From Lepidodermella squamata (lineage: Eukaryota; Animalia; Gastrotricha), in the NCBI GenBank assembly GCA_047495785.1, contig JBLDXI010000001.1:310001-374000 (forward strand): a DNA stretch of 64,000 nucleotides, written 5' to 3'. Every line of letters starts with the position of its first letter. The stretch's first letter is position 1. A program made the position numbers and the translations under genes. The notes beneath the pieces are model-generated. The model worked only from the letters and a program-made list of their open reading frames with translations, ran no database searches and was not told the DNA's origin. This document shows, one piece after another, positions 1-10,774 of the stretch.

Positions 1-1547
1 TTCTCGCTCAATTGAAGGACGAATTTGGAGCGTTAACGGGACCTCCCATTGATTTACCATTAGACGTCGATTGCGATCAACTACATCAAGTCTGCAAGTC
101 TCTGATAAGTAGTGGTAAAGAGGAGGTCGAGGTACGGTTTAATAACTACTCATATTAATGAGTGTACATCCCGTTTTTATAACGCAGCGATACTCCTTCT
201 ATGTGCAAGATTTCGAAATCACCGGTACGCTCGGAAAAACCATAGAAGCAAATCGGTTGAATATCAGCACTGAACGCGTTCTCGACATCATATATCAACC
301 TCAAGCAACATTTCAGGTTTACCCAGTTGTGCGATGCACCAGCAGCATCGAAGGTCATACGGAAGCTGTTATCTCAGTTGCATTTAGCCCCGATTCAAGG
401 ACTTTTGCGAGTGGCTCGGGCGATACTACAGTCAGAATTTACGACGTAGACACTGAAACTCCCAAATTTACTTGTAAAGGTCACCATAATTGGGTGCTGT
501 GCATTTCTTGGGCGCCAAACGGCCGTAAGCTAGCCAGCGCTTGTAAATCCGGTGTAGTTCAGCTGTGGAACCCGCAGACTGGGTCACCGCTTTTACCAGG
601 TAAAAAAGGTGGCTTGACCGGACACAAACAGTTCGTAACTTGTTTACAATGGCAACCTTTGCATCTGGATCCTCAATGCCGTCTTCTGGCCAGCTCATCG
701 AAAGATGCGACAATACGAATATGGGACACGGTGCTGGGTCAGTGTACCCTCATTCTGTCAGGACATAGTGACAGCGTTACCTGTTTGCGTTGGTGCGGCA
801 CGGGTATTTTGTACTCGGGCTCTCATGACCGCACAGTGCGATCCTGGGATTCAAAAACAGGATCGATGTTGCAATCATTTGGTGGTCACGGTCATTGGAT
901 CAATTCACTTACAATGAACACGGATTATGTGCTTCGAACCGGATTTTTCGACCCAGCTAGCGCTTCAGCTTCGGGATCAGACTATTCGTCTGTCTCGGAT
1001 GAAGAATTATCAAAATTAGCCAGAACTCGCTATGACACAATGCTCACAGCTATTGGGCAAGTTCGCCTAGTTTCTGGTTCGGATGACTTCACCATGTTCA
1101 TGTGGTCACCGGATAAGAGCAACAAGCCTATTGCGAGGTTGACCGGACATCAACAGCCTATCAATCACGTTGCGTTCTCACCTGATGGGCGTATTTTGGC
1201 CAGTGCTTCTTTTGATCGATCGGTAAAGCTATGGAATGGCCGAAACGGTTCGTTGAGCTGCGCGTAATTTAAAACTCTGGACTTTTTGTTTGATTTTAGG
1301 TCAGTTTATTGCTTCCCTTCGCGGACATGTTGGACGTGTGTATCAAATCTCGTGGTCAGCTGACAGCCGCTTGCTGGTTTCAGGCTCTGCGGACTCAACT
1401 TTGAAAGTTTGGAACATCGGCCAGCGTAAACTGGCTTTTGATCTGCCGGGACATGCGGATGAAGTGTATGCAGTTGATTGGGCTTCCGATGGCCAGAGAG
1501 TCGCAAGTGGCGGTAAGGACCGCGCCTTGCGTGTTTGGCGGCGTTAG
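1..1547 (+). CDS. NLE1: Notchless homolog 1 (NLE domain + WD40 repeats; ribosome biogenesis); 5' end outside window
   Basis: Exon 3-131 reads LAQLKDEFGALTGPPIDLPLDVDCDQLHQVC (NLE ubiquitin-like domain). After intron ~132-187 come YQPQATFQVYPVVRCTSSIEGHTEAV, WD40 repeats and LVSGSDDFTMFMW. After intron ~1248-1300 the last exon ends ...ASGGKDRALRVWRR*. Confidence 0.95.
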
Positions 1548-1669
1548 GTTGTTAATTTTTATGCAATTGATTTGTGCCCGAAAGAATAGCCGTATATCTG
1601 GCAACACTCGAAAAATGTCATTTGAATTCATTATTCGTTTAGATAATTTATTTTTGATGAAAATTGACA

Positions 1670-2162
1670 ATGGGATCAAGATCAAGCTGCGTATTTTGCG
1701 ATATTATCAACAAAGAACCGGAGAAAATTGTTTACACTGACGAATTATTCGTTGTCATACGAGACATCTCTCCAAAGGTCTGTCAATTTTTTCATCGTTA
1801 ATTTGTATGACGCAAATAATGATATCTAGGCCCCGAATCACCTACTAGTTCTCAGCAAGCAGCACATTCGCAATTTGAATGACGTGGGGCCAAGTTCATC
1901 TTCATACGCACCGCTGACACCGCAAGAATTTCTGGCTAAGATGAGAAGTGCTGGTGAATTAGCGCTGGAGTCTGAGATAAAGCAAAACATCGATAGAAGT
2001 ATGCTAAGCGTCGGATTTCATCGCCCGCCTTTCAACTCGGTGATGCACTTGCATCTACATGTTCTATACCCGTCTGGTCAAATGAGCGGATGGTCTCGGT
2101 TCGTAATGTCCGGACCTTGGTTCATACCGTTGGATAACGTTTTAAACTCTTGGAAATTTTAA
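1670..2162 (+). CDS. HINT3: Histidine triad nucleotide-binding protein 3-like
   Basis: ATG 1670 gives MGSRSSCVFCDII...VIRDISPK; intron ~1778-1829; then APNHLLVLSKQHI...GFHRPPFNSVMHLHLHVL (HIT motif HxHxH in HINT3-type context). Confidence 0.88.
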
Positions 2163-2252
2163 TCGTTAATATTCTATTACCAAAAATTCATGATTTTCAC
2201 GGTATACTCATACAAAATACACGTCTGCTTATTTTCAATAGAGGTTTATTGA

Positions 2253-3511
2253 ATGGTTATCGTGCGCAAAGTTCCTGCCCAGGTTCAGAGAACTGCTGAA
2301 TGGCTGTCAGCAGAACTCGACCTCGCAGATCAACTAGCTGCTCTCGGGTTTTTCTCGTCCGATGACGACGCTGGATCGACATCATCGTCGAGTGCAACAC
2401 CGTCGTCGGCTTTGCCTTTAAGGCGAGGCCCGAAAAAGCGGTACGGCGGGGTGGCAGCCCATCGTATGCCTTGTGTATCGGCTGGTTTGGTTCGCGATGT
2501 GGGCAGGAAGCGCGTTGGTTGGCGAAGGTAAGAGAGCGATGTGCTTGGATCCTTCTCTTGATTTTCTTGCTCACAGACAGAGGCGCCTTGACAATGAGCT
2601 GGAGATTGTTCATGGACGATCCGATGTGGAGCTTGATGTTGAGAAACATCTCGCCGGGAACCCTGAAATGCAAGTTGAGCTGATCACGGCTCCTCCCAGC
2701 GCCCCGTTAGCGTCACTTTTCAGGGACTCTGACGCCTTGAAGGTATCTGATTGACTATTAAGTGGCGTTTCAATTTATCGAATAAATTCAGAAATGGCAA
2801 GAATTTGCGCAGCAGAATGAAGACGAACAGCAACGTCAGCTGACTCTGCTGTTTGAAAGTGAACATAAATTTGCGTCTAATCTTGGGGCTGGCAACGACG
2901 GCGATGACGATTTTGCAAAGCCGCAAAATTTTCGCAAAGCTCTCGGTGCTGCCAAGAAACAGCTGAAAAAAGTTGGCCGGCCGTTGTGCCGTCAATTGCG
3001 TCGCCTAGCAAGCCCAGCTCTGATGGCGTCGATTGAGAACGAACTTCTGGCTCGGATGGGCGAAGCTGCTACTCAGACAGGTCCGACATCTGATGCCGGG
3101 AAGAAGTCATGCCCAGTCACTCTGAACTGGCAAACAGCGTCGATATTCAAAGCCTATACTGAAAAGATTACTCTTGACGCTCTCTGTCGTTTTTACGGCT
3201 ATCAGGTTTGTTGTCTAATTGTTTTTAATTCAATCGTGTTGATTTCATATCGCTGCGCAGCTGACATGGCTTACGTCAGATTTGAGTTGCGTCAAAGAGG
3301 AGGGAGAGAGCGAGGAAATGGCGGATGCAAGGGCTTCCGATGATGACACGCAAACGATCGAGATTTACTCCAAAAACTGGCACTGGCCTCCTGTTCGATT
3401 GGCGAACATTTTCTTCTTGAATCAGGAGCAACAACAGTCTTTTTCATGAAGGTGACACGTGCTTTATCCTTTCTGTTAACACTAGTACCCGGTTGCAGTT
3501 TATGTCGATAA
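2253..3511 (+). CDS. R3HDM4: R3H domain-containing protein 4-like (multi-exon; 3' end approximate)
   Basis: Spliced reading gives ...HRQRRLDNELEIV...SAPLASLFRDSDALK/KWQEFAQQNEDEQQRQL...EKITLDALCRFYGYQ/...IEIYSKNWHWPPVRLANIF. This matches my recollection of the R3HDM4 pattern (RRxxN, W..F...SxEEQ, degenerate R3H, C-terminal PP..L). Confidence 0.65.
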
Positions 3512-3689
3512 TTATTGTATGATTGTAATTTCCTCTACGTTTTGTTGAAGTATGTGTTTTCCGGTTTCCACTTGACACACCATGCTGTAATATTACGACT
3601 GCCTTATTCTGGAAATGTGAAGGAATAGACCAAGCAATAACAGCTCTTGCTAATTATTTTGTAAGACCTTTTCTGAATTGTAATACTTA

Positions 3690-3896
3690 AATTTTGATCG
3701 CGTCGTTTCGATCTATCACGAGTGTGCTTGGTCGAAGTCTTGTGTAAACAAGTCAAATGGTTCTCTGTATTAATACCTGCTTGTTCTCCACCTTTGTATT
3801 TCACTTGTTTGGAGAATAAAATTGCTTGAAGTTTGACAAGGATTTTATTGCATTACTGACGGATTTCCCCCCAACAGCGTAGAAAGAGGTCATCTT
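3690..3896. repeat. Diverged dispersed repeat, copy 1 left part (continues at 5486-5570 after the LINE)
   Basis: gatctatcacg..gtgtgctt..tttcacttgtttggagaataaaattg..attgcattactga..aggtcatctt aligns colinearly with ~17495-17710. Confidence 0.85.
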
Positions 3897-5485
3897 ATTT
3901 ATTATTTATTTATTTAATGAGCATGATATCCAGGAAGGAAGCTCGATAGTGAAAAAAGAAAGTGCAGCCGCAGTAGAGTAGTCAGAGTGCCATGATAGTA
4001 TCAGTTCCGTTTCAGGTTTCCGGTGAATTATTTAATGATTTTTGAATTATTAGAAAAAGCGAATGGTTTTTTCAGGAGTTCCAGGTAAGTTTGTTGGCGG
4101 CAGCTATTAGCTGAGATAGCACTTTGTGCATCAGTCGCCAGATTGTTGAATAGTATTGCTCCTCGATACGCCAAAGTCTTTTGACCCTGTGCCGATGTTA
4201 AATTAGGGACAACGAGCGCTTGTGTGAACTGACTACGCATCATTTTTTGCGTAGGGTCAAACATCTTGCGAGAGAACAGATTCACAAGACTTTCTGGGGC
4301 TTCGCCATTCACACATCGCCACACCAATGTCGCCAGGTGCACATCGCGTTTGCCTCGCATAGGTAACCAATTCAGTTTTTTCCTCAACTCATCTGCATCA
4401 GCGTTCTTCGGAGCCTTCATTATTGTTCGAACAGCCATATCTTGAATGCGTTGGATCGGTATCAGGTTCGAGTCGGCATACTGCGCAATCACATTGTCGG
4501 CATAGCCCAAGTAGCTGAAGACTACACCATTTGCCATCATTGCCAGGGTTTTCCTATCCAAGTATTTTTCTGCAAGTCTCAGCGCGTAAAGACCACGCCG
4601 AGCTCGATTGCGAATAGATTCGATCTGCTCCTTAAACAACAGTTTTCGATCGAGGATAAAGCCGAGAATCTCCATTTTGTCAGAAGGCACGAGAGAAGAG
4701 TCGTTCACAATGATTCTAACTTCAGTAATCGATTCACTTTCCGCACCAATCACCATTAGTTGCGATTTCTTGGCGTTCACCATCAAGCTGTTGCTTCCGA
4801 GCCAGTCTGCTACTTTCTGAACATCGAGCTGGAGGAGACGCGTGGCTTCTGCGATGTCCTGACTAGAGCAGTAGATCGTGGTGTCGTCGGCGTAGAAGAC
4901 GATTTTTGAGTAGGAGGGAACAAGAGCCAAGTCGTTGACGTAGATTACAAATAGTAATGGTCCGATCACACTTCCTTGCGGAACGCCATATTGAACTGGT
5001 AGGCTATTTGACAAAGATCCATTAAGCTTTGTAATTTGATATCTGTTGGTAATAAAACTTCCCATTAAACTGATCGAGTGCTGATCGAACCCCGCGTTTG
5101 CAAGCGACGCAGTGATGCCATTCGGATGAAGCGTGTCAAACGCTTTGCTAAGATCGATTGAAAGCGCCACAGTAGCCATATCTTGGTCCATAGCAACTCG
5201 CCAATCTTCTGTAATTTTCCATAAACAGGTGTCACAAGAGTGGAAACGTCTAAAACCGAATTGACTAGAAGAAAGAAACTTCGTTCTCGTCAGATACGCC
5301 TTCATTTGTTCCACGATGACACGCTCGAAGGTTCGGCATAGCGGTGACAAAATAGCCACCGGGCGGTAATTGCTAATTTCGACTTTCGAGCCATTCTTGT
5401 AGAGCGGAGAAACAACTGACGTTTTCCAGACTAGAAGGATATTTCCTTCGAGTAGAATTTTGTTAAATTATTGTGAAAGTAGAAA
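3897..5485 (-). mobile_element. 5'-truncated non-LTR retrotransposon (CR1/L2-group LINE): reverse transcriptase ORF 4028-~5465, short 3' UTR, (TAAA)n tail
   Basis: RT motifs NYRPVAILS, QFGFRR, DLSKAFD, GVPQGSVIGPLLFVIYVNDL, YADDT and C-terminal LNWLP..R. The (TAAA)n-like tail lies at 3897-3916. ATCTT direct repeats flank it (3892-3896 and 5486-5490). No endonuclease domain is present. Confidence 0.93.
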
Positions 5486-5570
5486 ATCTTGTGAGATGTT
5501 CACACAAGTTACTTGAATGGCGCGGAATCGCGTACCTTGGAACGAAAATTCCTACAGTAAAATTGATTTC
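5486..5570. repeat. Diverged dispersed repeat, copy 1 right part
   Basis: atcttgtgagatgttcacacaag..gaatcgcgtacctt..aattcctacagtaaaatt matches ~17706-17785. Confidence 0.8.
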
Positions 5571-5677
5571 CCGAAAATCGAGCTGACGCAGCTTCAACTT
5601 TAATTGTATTACTAGCTTTTGCTGTCGGACTAAAACAAAACACGAGAACAAGCAACAAAGAGGCTCAAAATAAAAAA

Positions 5678-6710
5678 TGAGCCAACATCTGTCCTCTGCT
5701 CTGTTCCTGCATTTGAACGCGCATGCCGGTCATAGCCTCCTGGCAGGTCATGTTTGCGCAAATTTTTACCAATGGAGCACGGCTGAAGTCAATGCCGCTC
5801 GACACCCAGATGGAGGTGCTTCGTGGTCATCCCGATTTAGCCCATGTATTTGAATTGATTCGCTGTACAAGATCTGGTTTCGGTTACCTAGCACCAACGT
5901 GCTAAGCAATTTTGCGGCTCGTGAACATAGTTTGAATCGGCACTTGAATCAGCCATGATTTCAGTCAGCAATTTTTTAGTCATTGTAGGGTACCGTCAAC
6001 GTAGGTAGGTGACTTTACACAGTGTGGTGACTTTGGCCTTCCTAAAACTGAAGATGGTAAGGTGCCGTTTGTTAGCCCAAGGAAAGGCCAGCCTGGATGT
6101 GCACAATGCACATATCAACACAGCCCATTCTGGTGAAGTTGCGGAAATAAAAATAATTATATTTTCATTGAAACTTGAAACGGTGACTGCTCAACCGAAG
6201 CCGCCTGCTATCTGAAATTGCCCTTCCTCCAGCCTAACGAACGGTAGTCCACTGACGGAGTCTTTGCATTACCATCTTCTATTTTAGTATGCCAAAGTCA
6301 CCCCAGTTGAAGGTACGATGAATCGTACAGGTTGTTATTTATTTATTTATTTAAGAGCACAAATCCCAAAGTTGAGAGCTCATAGGAAAGAAAGTTTGCT
6401 TGAAGTAAAAATTAGGAGCAGATTATCTTGTCAATTCGGTCCGTTTCAGCATCAGTTAGCCAGGTTCGCTCTTAGATTATCATCTATTGACCAGATTCTT
6501 GCAGCCTTCTTTGACCAAATGGTGTTGTACTGAGAAAGCCTTCCGTTGGACTCGTTGTGATATAACTAGAAATATTTTCACGATATATACCGCATGAAAC
6601 CTCTTTGAAAACCGTGTGAAACTTGTTTAGGTAGACCAATTGGGACATACGCAAATAGGGTCGTGACCACCTTCGATCTACTTCAAGAAACACCACGAAA
6701 CTATAAAAAA
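5678..6710 (+). CDS. Possible uncharacterised multi-exon gene with very short exons (structure not resolved)
   Basis: Short coding-like segments are bounded by GT/AG signals (e.g. RLKSMPLDTQMEVLRGHPDLAH, HQLARFALRLSSIDQILAAFFDQM). No confident family assignment. Confidence 0.25.
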
Positions 6711-6950
6711 ATTCATTTTATTCAACTCAATTGCGTATGCTTTGCACTTCATTCAAAGACTAAAACGAAACGACGAGAGGCGAGCTGCCCACAATTGAAC
6801 GAAGCAGAGGTACAACGCAAGCCACCTCTGATTTATGCCGGGCTCAAATGAAATAATATGTATCGCGTCCATTATTTATATATTGTACGAATTTATAATT
6901 TCATGCCACCGTCAGCAAATGATTCGGTAGGCGTAACAATGATCAAAGGA

Positions 6951-8825
6951 TCACTGAGCTTTCGATTTGTGGCTAGAATTTCGCGCACCAGGATTCGATG
7001 ACAAGAACAACACAAGTTTAGCGAATCGACCAAAAACGCTGGGAAATTTCTGAATTAAAAAAAAAGTAAATAGGTAAATGTTTTTGCTACAGGCCCAGTG
7101 ATTTACCCAAGTAGCGAGGTAAAACAGACCAAGATATGCGGCTACGGCACAAGCGACGAATAGGTCGTAAATAGCAGGTTTAACCCTGTGAAAAAAAGGC
7201 AAATGATCCCCACGTCTTTGGAAACTTATTTCGTATGAAACTTACACAAACGCCGACAGTTTGACATCGAGATTTTCATAGAATACGAGTTCAGGTTCTT
7301 TTTTGTCAACAGCATGGGTAGTAATTTGAGCATTTGGCAGCCAAGTGGCAAGGTATGAGTGCAAAGTTCCCAGGAATGATTGCGCATTTGCGGCTGCCGA
7401 CTTGGAGGTCGGTGGAACCGGTATCAGAGGGGCAGCTCTTTGCACTCTAGCGAGCCACTGTCGCAGCGAAGCAACATGGTCGCATGAAGGCTTCACTTGA
7501 GGTGCGCCCAGCAGTGAGAATTCGGAATCTCCCGCCGTTGCATTTGACTGCGACACAGGCACGTTGTAAATGTAACGAGCGAGCGCTTCGCCGATAGCCA
7601 GAATATTACTGCATAAAACTTCGTCGCTCCCGGCTTGGTCTACACTTGGCGGCAAGTCGCTTATGGTCTCTCGAACGCGAGTATTGCCTCCCGAAAGAAC
7701 AGACAATGTCATTGATGCTAGTCGCCTAATGGAGTAACGCTCATGCTCCCACGCCAAACGACTCGCGCCAAGGTTTATTTTTTTATGAACAACTTTGGGC
7801 GCTTGGGCGTCCCCAACGACGGCTTCAAGGTGCTTGAGGAACACATCAAGAGGAGATGCGTCTTTTGGCGGCTTTGAAACATGGCCGAAAAGCTGATTTC
7901 CCTCAGAAATCGAAGCAAGCGTGTCGAGACATAAGACAAATTGCACGCCAGACTGGCCAACAGCAGAGCTAGCGTGGACAGAATCAGGCATTGCGTCGAT
8001 GTAGTATTTTGAGCCAAAGTAATTGTATTTACCAGCTCCACTGAGCAAGAATTGAATATTATACTTGGGGTGAGTTTTACTCGTAGAATAAAAGCGGCTA
8101 AAAATTCGAGCCAGTTCCAACAAGGCAACAACGCCACTTCCATTGGAATCGTAACCGAAAGACAATGACGGGGCAGATCCGCCTGCATCGTAATGAGCGA
8201 CGATTATTATAGTCGGTAGACTGTCCTCTGCGCCAAGACCACTGAGTGAAGCCTTGACATTAGTAACAACATAGCTCGCCATCTGCTTTTCAGCTTTAAA
8301 CGGCGTGACAAGGTGGTAGCCATCAGCAAACCACTGTGATATTCCACTGGAGCTGGACCCTGGCTGGTTCGGTCCAGTCGACAGAGCTTCGGCATGCAAA
8401 TAAATTTCATTAAGCTTGGGACTGTCGATAGCAAAATATATAGGCATCATCCATCGATCAGCAAATAGTTCCTCTTCTATTTCGCGAATGTCTTCACGCT
8501 CTGAGGCTGTTGCGTTTGGCCAAGAGCTAGGTAGAACGATCAGCAGACAGCCAGCGCCAACATCACGGAGGTTTTTGAAGCTGGTACTGGCAAGTTCACG
8601 AGCTCTTGCAATTATGCACTTGACTTGCTGATAGGGCGCACGCAAGGTCCGTAGGTCATATGAGACGACGGACGAAGCAGAGCCGAAAGAAAGACCTTGC
8701 AAATCGTATTGTACCATTCTGAATCCAGAAAATTCATGAGCAGCATTGCAAATAGATAAAAGAGCCGCGATGAAAGTTAAAGTAGCCAGCCGATAGCAAA
8801 ATGATCTATCAGTTTGTCGCAACAT
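6951..8825 (-). CDS. NCLN: Nicalin (M28-like luminal domain, C-terminal TM helix; ER BOS complex)
   Basis: Signal peptide, then AHEFSGFRMVQYDLQG, LPTIIIVAHYD, DSNGSGVVALLELARIFSRFY, KKINL..LAWEHERYSIRRL and EPELVFYE. Downstream exons give VKPAIYDLFVACAVAAYLGLFYL (TM). Likely start ATG at 8825. Confidence 0.93.
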
Positions 8826-10342
8826 TCTAGAAAGTAGAAAGCAAGGCATACAGAATTGAAGGTGATAAAGTACAAAGTGTGTGTAATCTATTCAGAAGAC
8901 TGGCTTCTCGTCCAAGATGGCAAATTGCAGCCAATAGCCAATCATTAATCATATATTGCGTATGCGCGATCAAAAATATTAGCGTTTAATCCGCGCAGAA
9001 CAGTGGGTAAGTTTTCGCGATGGGCGGAAACAACACGTGAAGTGAGAAGGCAAATGCCTTATTCAAGCTCATTCTCCTCTGAAACTCAATTCTCTGCCGA
9101 GAATATCGTCGGCAAGGAAAGGGTTAAGCCTAAGCAGCATCAGCTATAAGCTTAGATCATCTGTATATGTGCAAAATCTAAACCATTCGCATCGATCGGT
9201 TCACGGCAATTGTGCATACCTACTTTGGATTCAACTCAAGATTGATTGTGAATTGTCAGCCCAGCGAGAGTTAATGGACTTACCAACGTGAATAGTGAGC
9301 TACCTCCTAACTCTAAGAGTCAACAAACGCATTCATCTTTCGCCTCTATGTTCTATGCTCCAATCAATTACTTATTGCTATCAGTAATAGGTCTTCTAAC
9401 TTTCGGCTGAGATGGCGAGCTTGCATTGGTCCATGGGGGTTGGCTAGCCTATAGGTATGTTATTTTCTCAGTTTGAGGACTGGTTTCTTAACAAAAGCAA
9501 GCACTTGTGAGTGAATCTTCCAGAAAATATGTCGGCCACTCTTCCAGAGTATCGAAGGCATCGAATGAGTAGGGATCATCTACCGCCAAAAGCTCATGAT
9601 CGCGTGCCTTGCGCGGAGCCGGCCCCGACATCGACCTTCGGCAAATGTGTAAAAACATGCTGCGATCATTGTCAATCAATATCATATGCTGTATTGCAAA
9701 ATATGATATAGTTTAATATTAATAATGAAATCATAAAAAAATTGAAATTTTGTAGGAAAAGGCTTTCTTCACGCCCAGCAGCGCGAGGACTGAGATGCCG
9801 CACATTTTCTCTCAGCTGCGGCTAGTTTGAAGCTGGAAGCTGGAACTAACTCTCAAAATGCCTCCTGGCTTGTTTCCACTGTCTGCTGCGATACCTTCGT
9901 TAAACCAATACAACGCGAATGTCCACTCTTTTCTCTAGAAAACAGTGTTTCTCAGCTGATTGGTATATCCATTCATTTCGATTGTTGATTTCGTACTTTA
10001 CACGCCACTGGTACACCATTCGGTTTTTGTTCCGCAAGGTGCCTAGTGGAAACTAATCTATTTGTTTTAATAATTATTAAATTGTGACCGTAGTCTTTAA
10101 GAAAAAAAATCAACTGATAAAACTAATACAAATAGTGTGTTTGTGTTCTATGAACCTATCATGTGGTTTATGAAGAAATAGAAAAAAAAATGTTGCAAAA
10201 ATTGAACATGCAGCCAGAAGATTCATCATCATTTTCGATTTATTCATTCAATCTCTAGCCAGCCTAGAATATGTTGAACTTCCAGCTTAAACTTCTTAAC
10301 TGTTCCGTAAATGTTGTTTATGAAACGTAACGCATTTATTCG

Positions 10343-10387
10343 AATTCCAACGTTTCGGTTACACTCGATAACCATCTTCAGGGATTA
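10343..10387 (-). ncRNA. Mirror copy of the minimal hammerhead ribozyme motif
   Basis: Exact reverse complement of 10572-10616, inside the left palindrome arm. Confidence 0.7.
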
Positions 10388-10571
10388 GTTAGGAAATTAA
10401 ATCGAAATTTGAAGTTAACATTAAAATTAAGGTTGATGTTTTTAGAACATATTGAAATTATGATCCGATTAGCTTTTCATCGGATCATAATCGGATCATA
10501 ATTTCAATATGTTCTAAAAACATCAACCTTAATTTTAATGTTAACTTCAAATTTCGATTTAATTTCCTAAC

Positions 10572-10616
10572 TAATCCCTGAAGATGGTTATCGAGTGTAA
10601 CCGAAACGTTGGAATT
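10572..10616 (+). ncRNA. Minimal type I hammerhead ribozyme motif (Penelope-like element type)
   Basis: aatcc-CTGAAGA-t-GGTTA-tcgagtg-TAACC-GAAAC-GTT-ggaatt: catalytic core CUGAnGA and GAAA, a 5-bp stem II, a loop-less palindromic stem III (AACGTT) and a short imperfect stem I. Confidence 0.7.
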
Positions 10617-10774
10617 CGAATAAATGCGTTACGTTTCATAAACAACATTTACTCAAAGAAACTTGTAACTGTTCCGTAACTCCAAAGTTACGGACCTCAG
10701 CTTCGAAACTTTATCAACTCTATTTGCGATGCAGCTTGTTTAATATTGTTTTGCTCACGTTAGATGATGGTTTA

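Larger units (their letters stand above)
10307..10652. repeat. Perfect inverted repeat (165-bp arms, 16-nt spacer), probable Penelope-like element terminal remnant
   Basis: 10307-10471 is the reverse complement of 10488-10652. The spacer region contains a tandem duplication of atcggatcata. Near-identical direct repeats aaactt(ct/g)taactgttccgtaa lie at 10289-10310 and 10659-10679. Confidence 0.9.

Noticed and set aside
2257-2995. Minus-strand ORFs 2257-2673 and 2720-2995
   Set aside because: Antisense to the better-supported plus-strand R3HDM4-like gene.
5780-5850. LRGHPDLA resembling an OHCU decarboxylase motif
   Set aside because: Only a short match; I could not assemble the rest of the enzyme from neighbouring exons.
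9020-9960. Short ORFs between nicalin and the palindrome
   Set aside because: No consistent spliced model or recognisable product on either strand.
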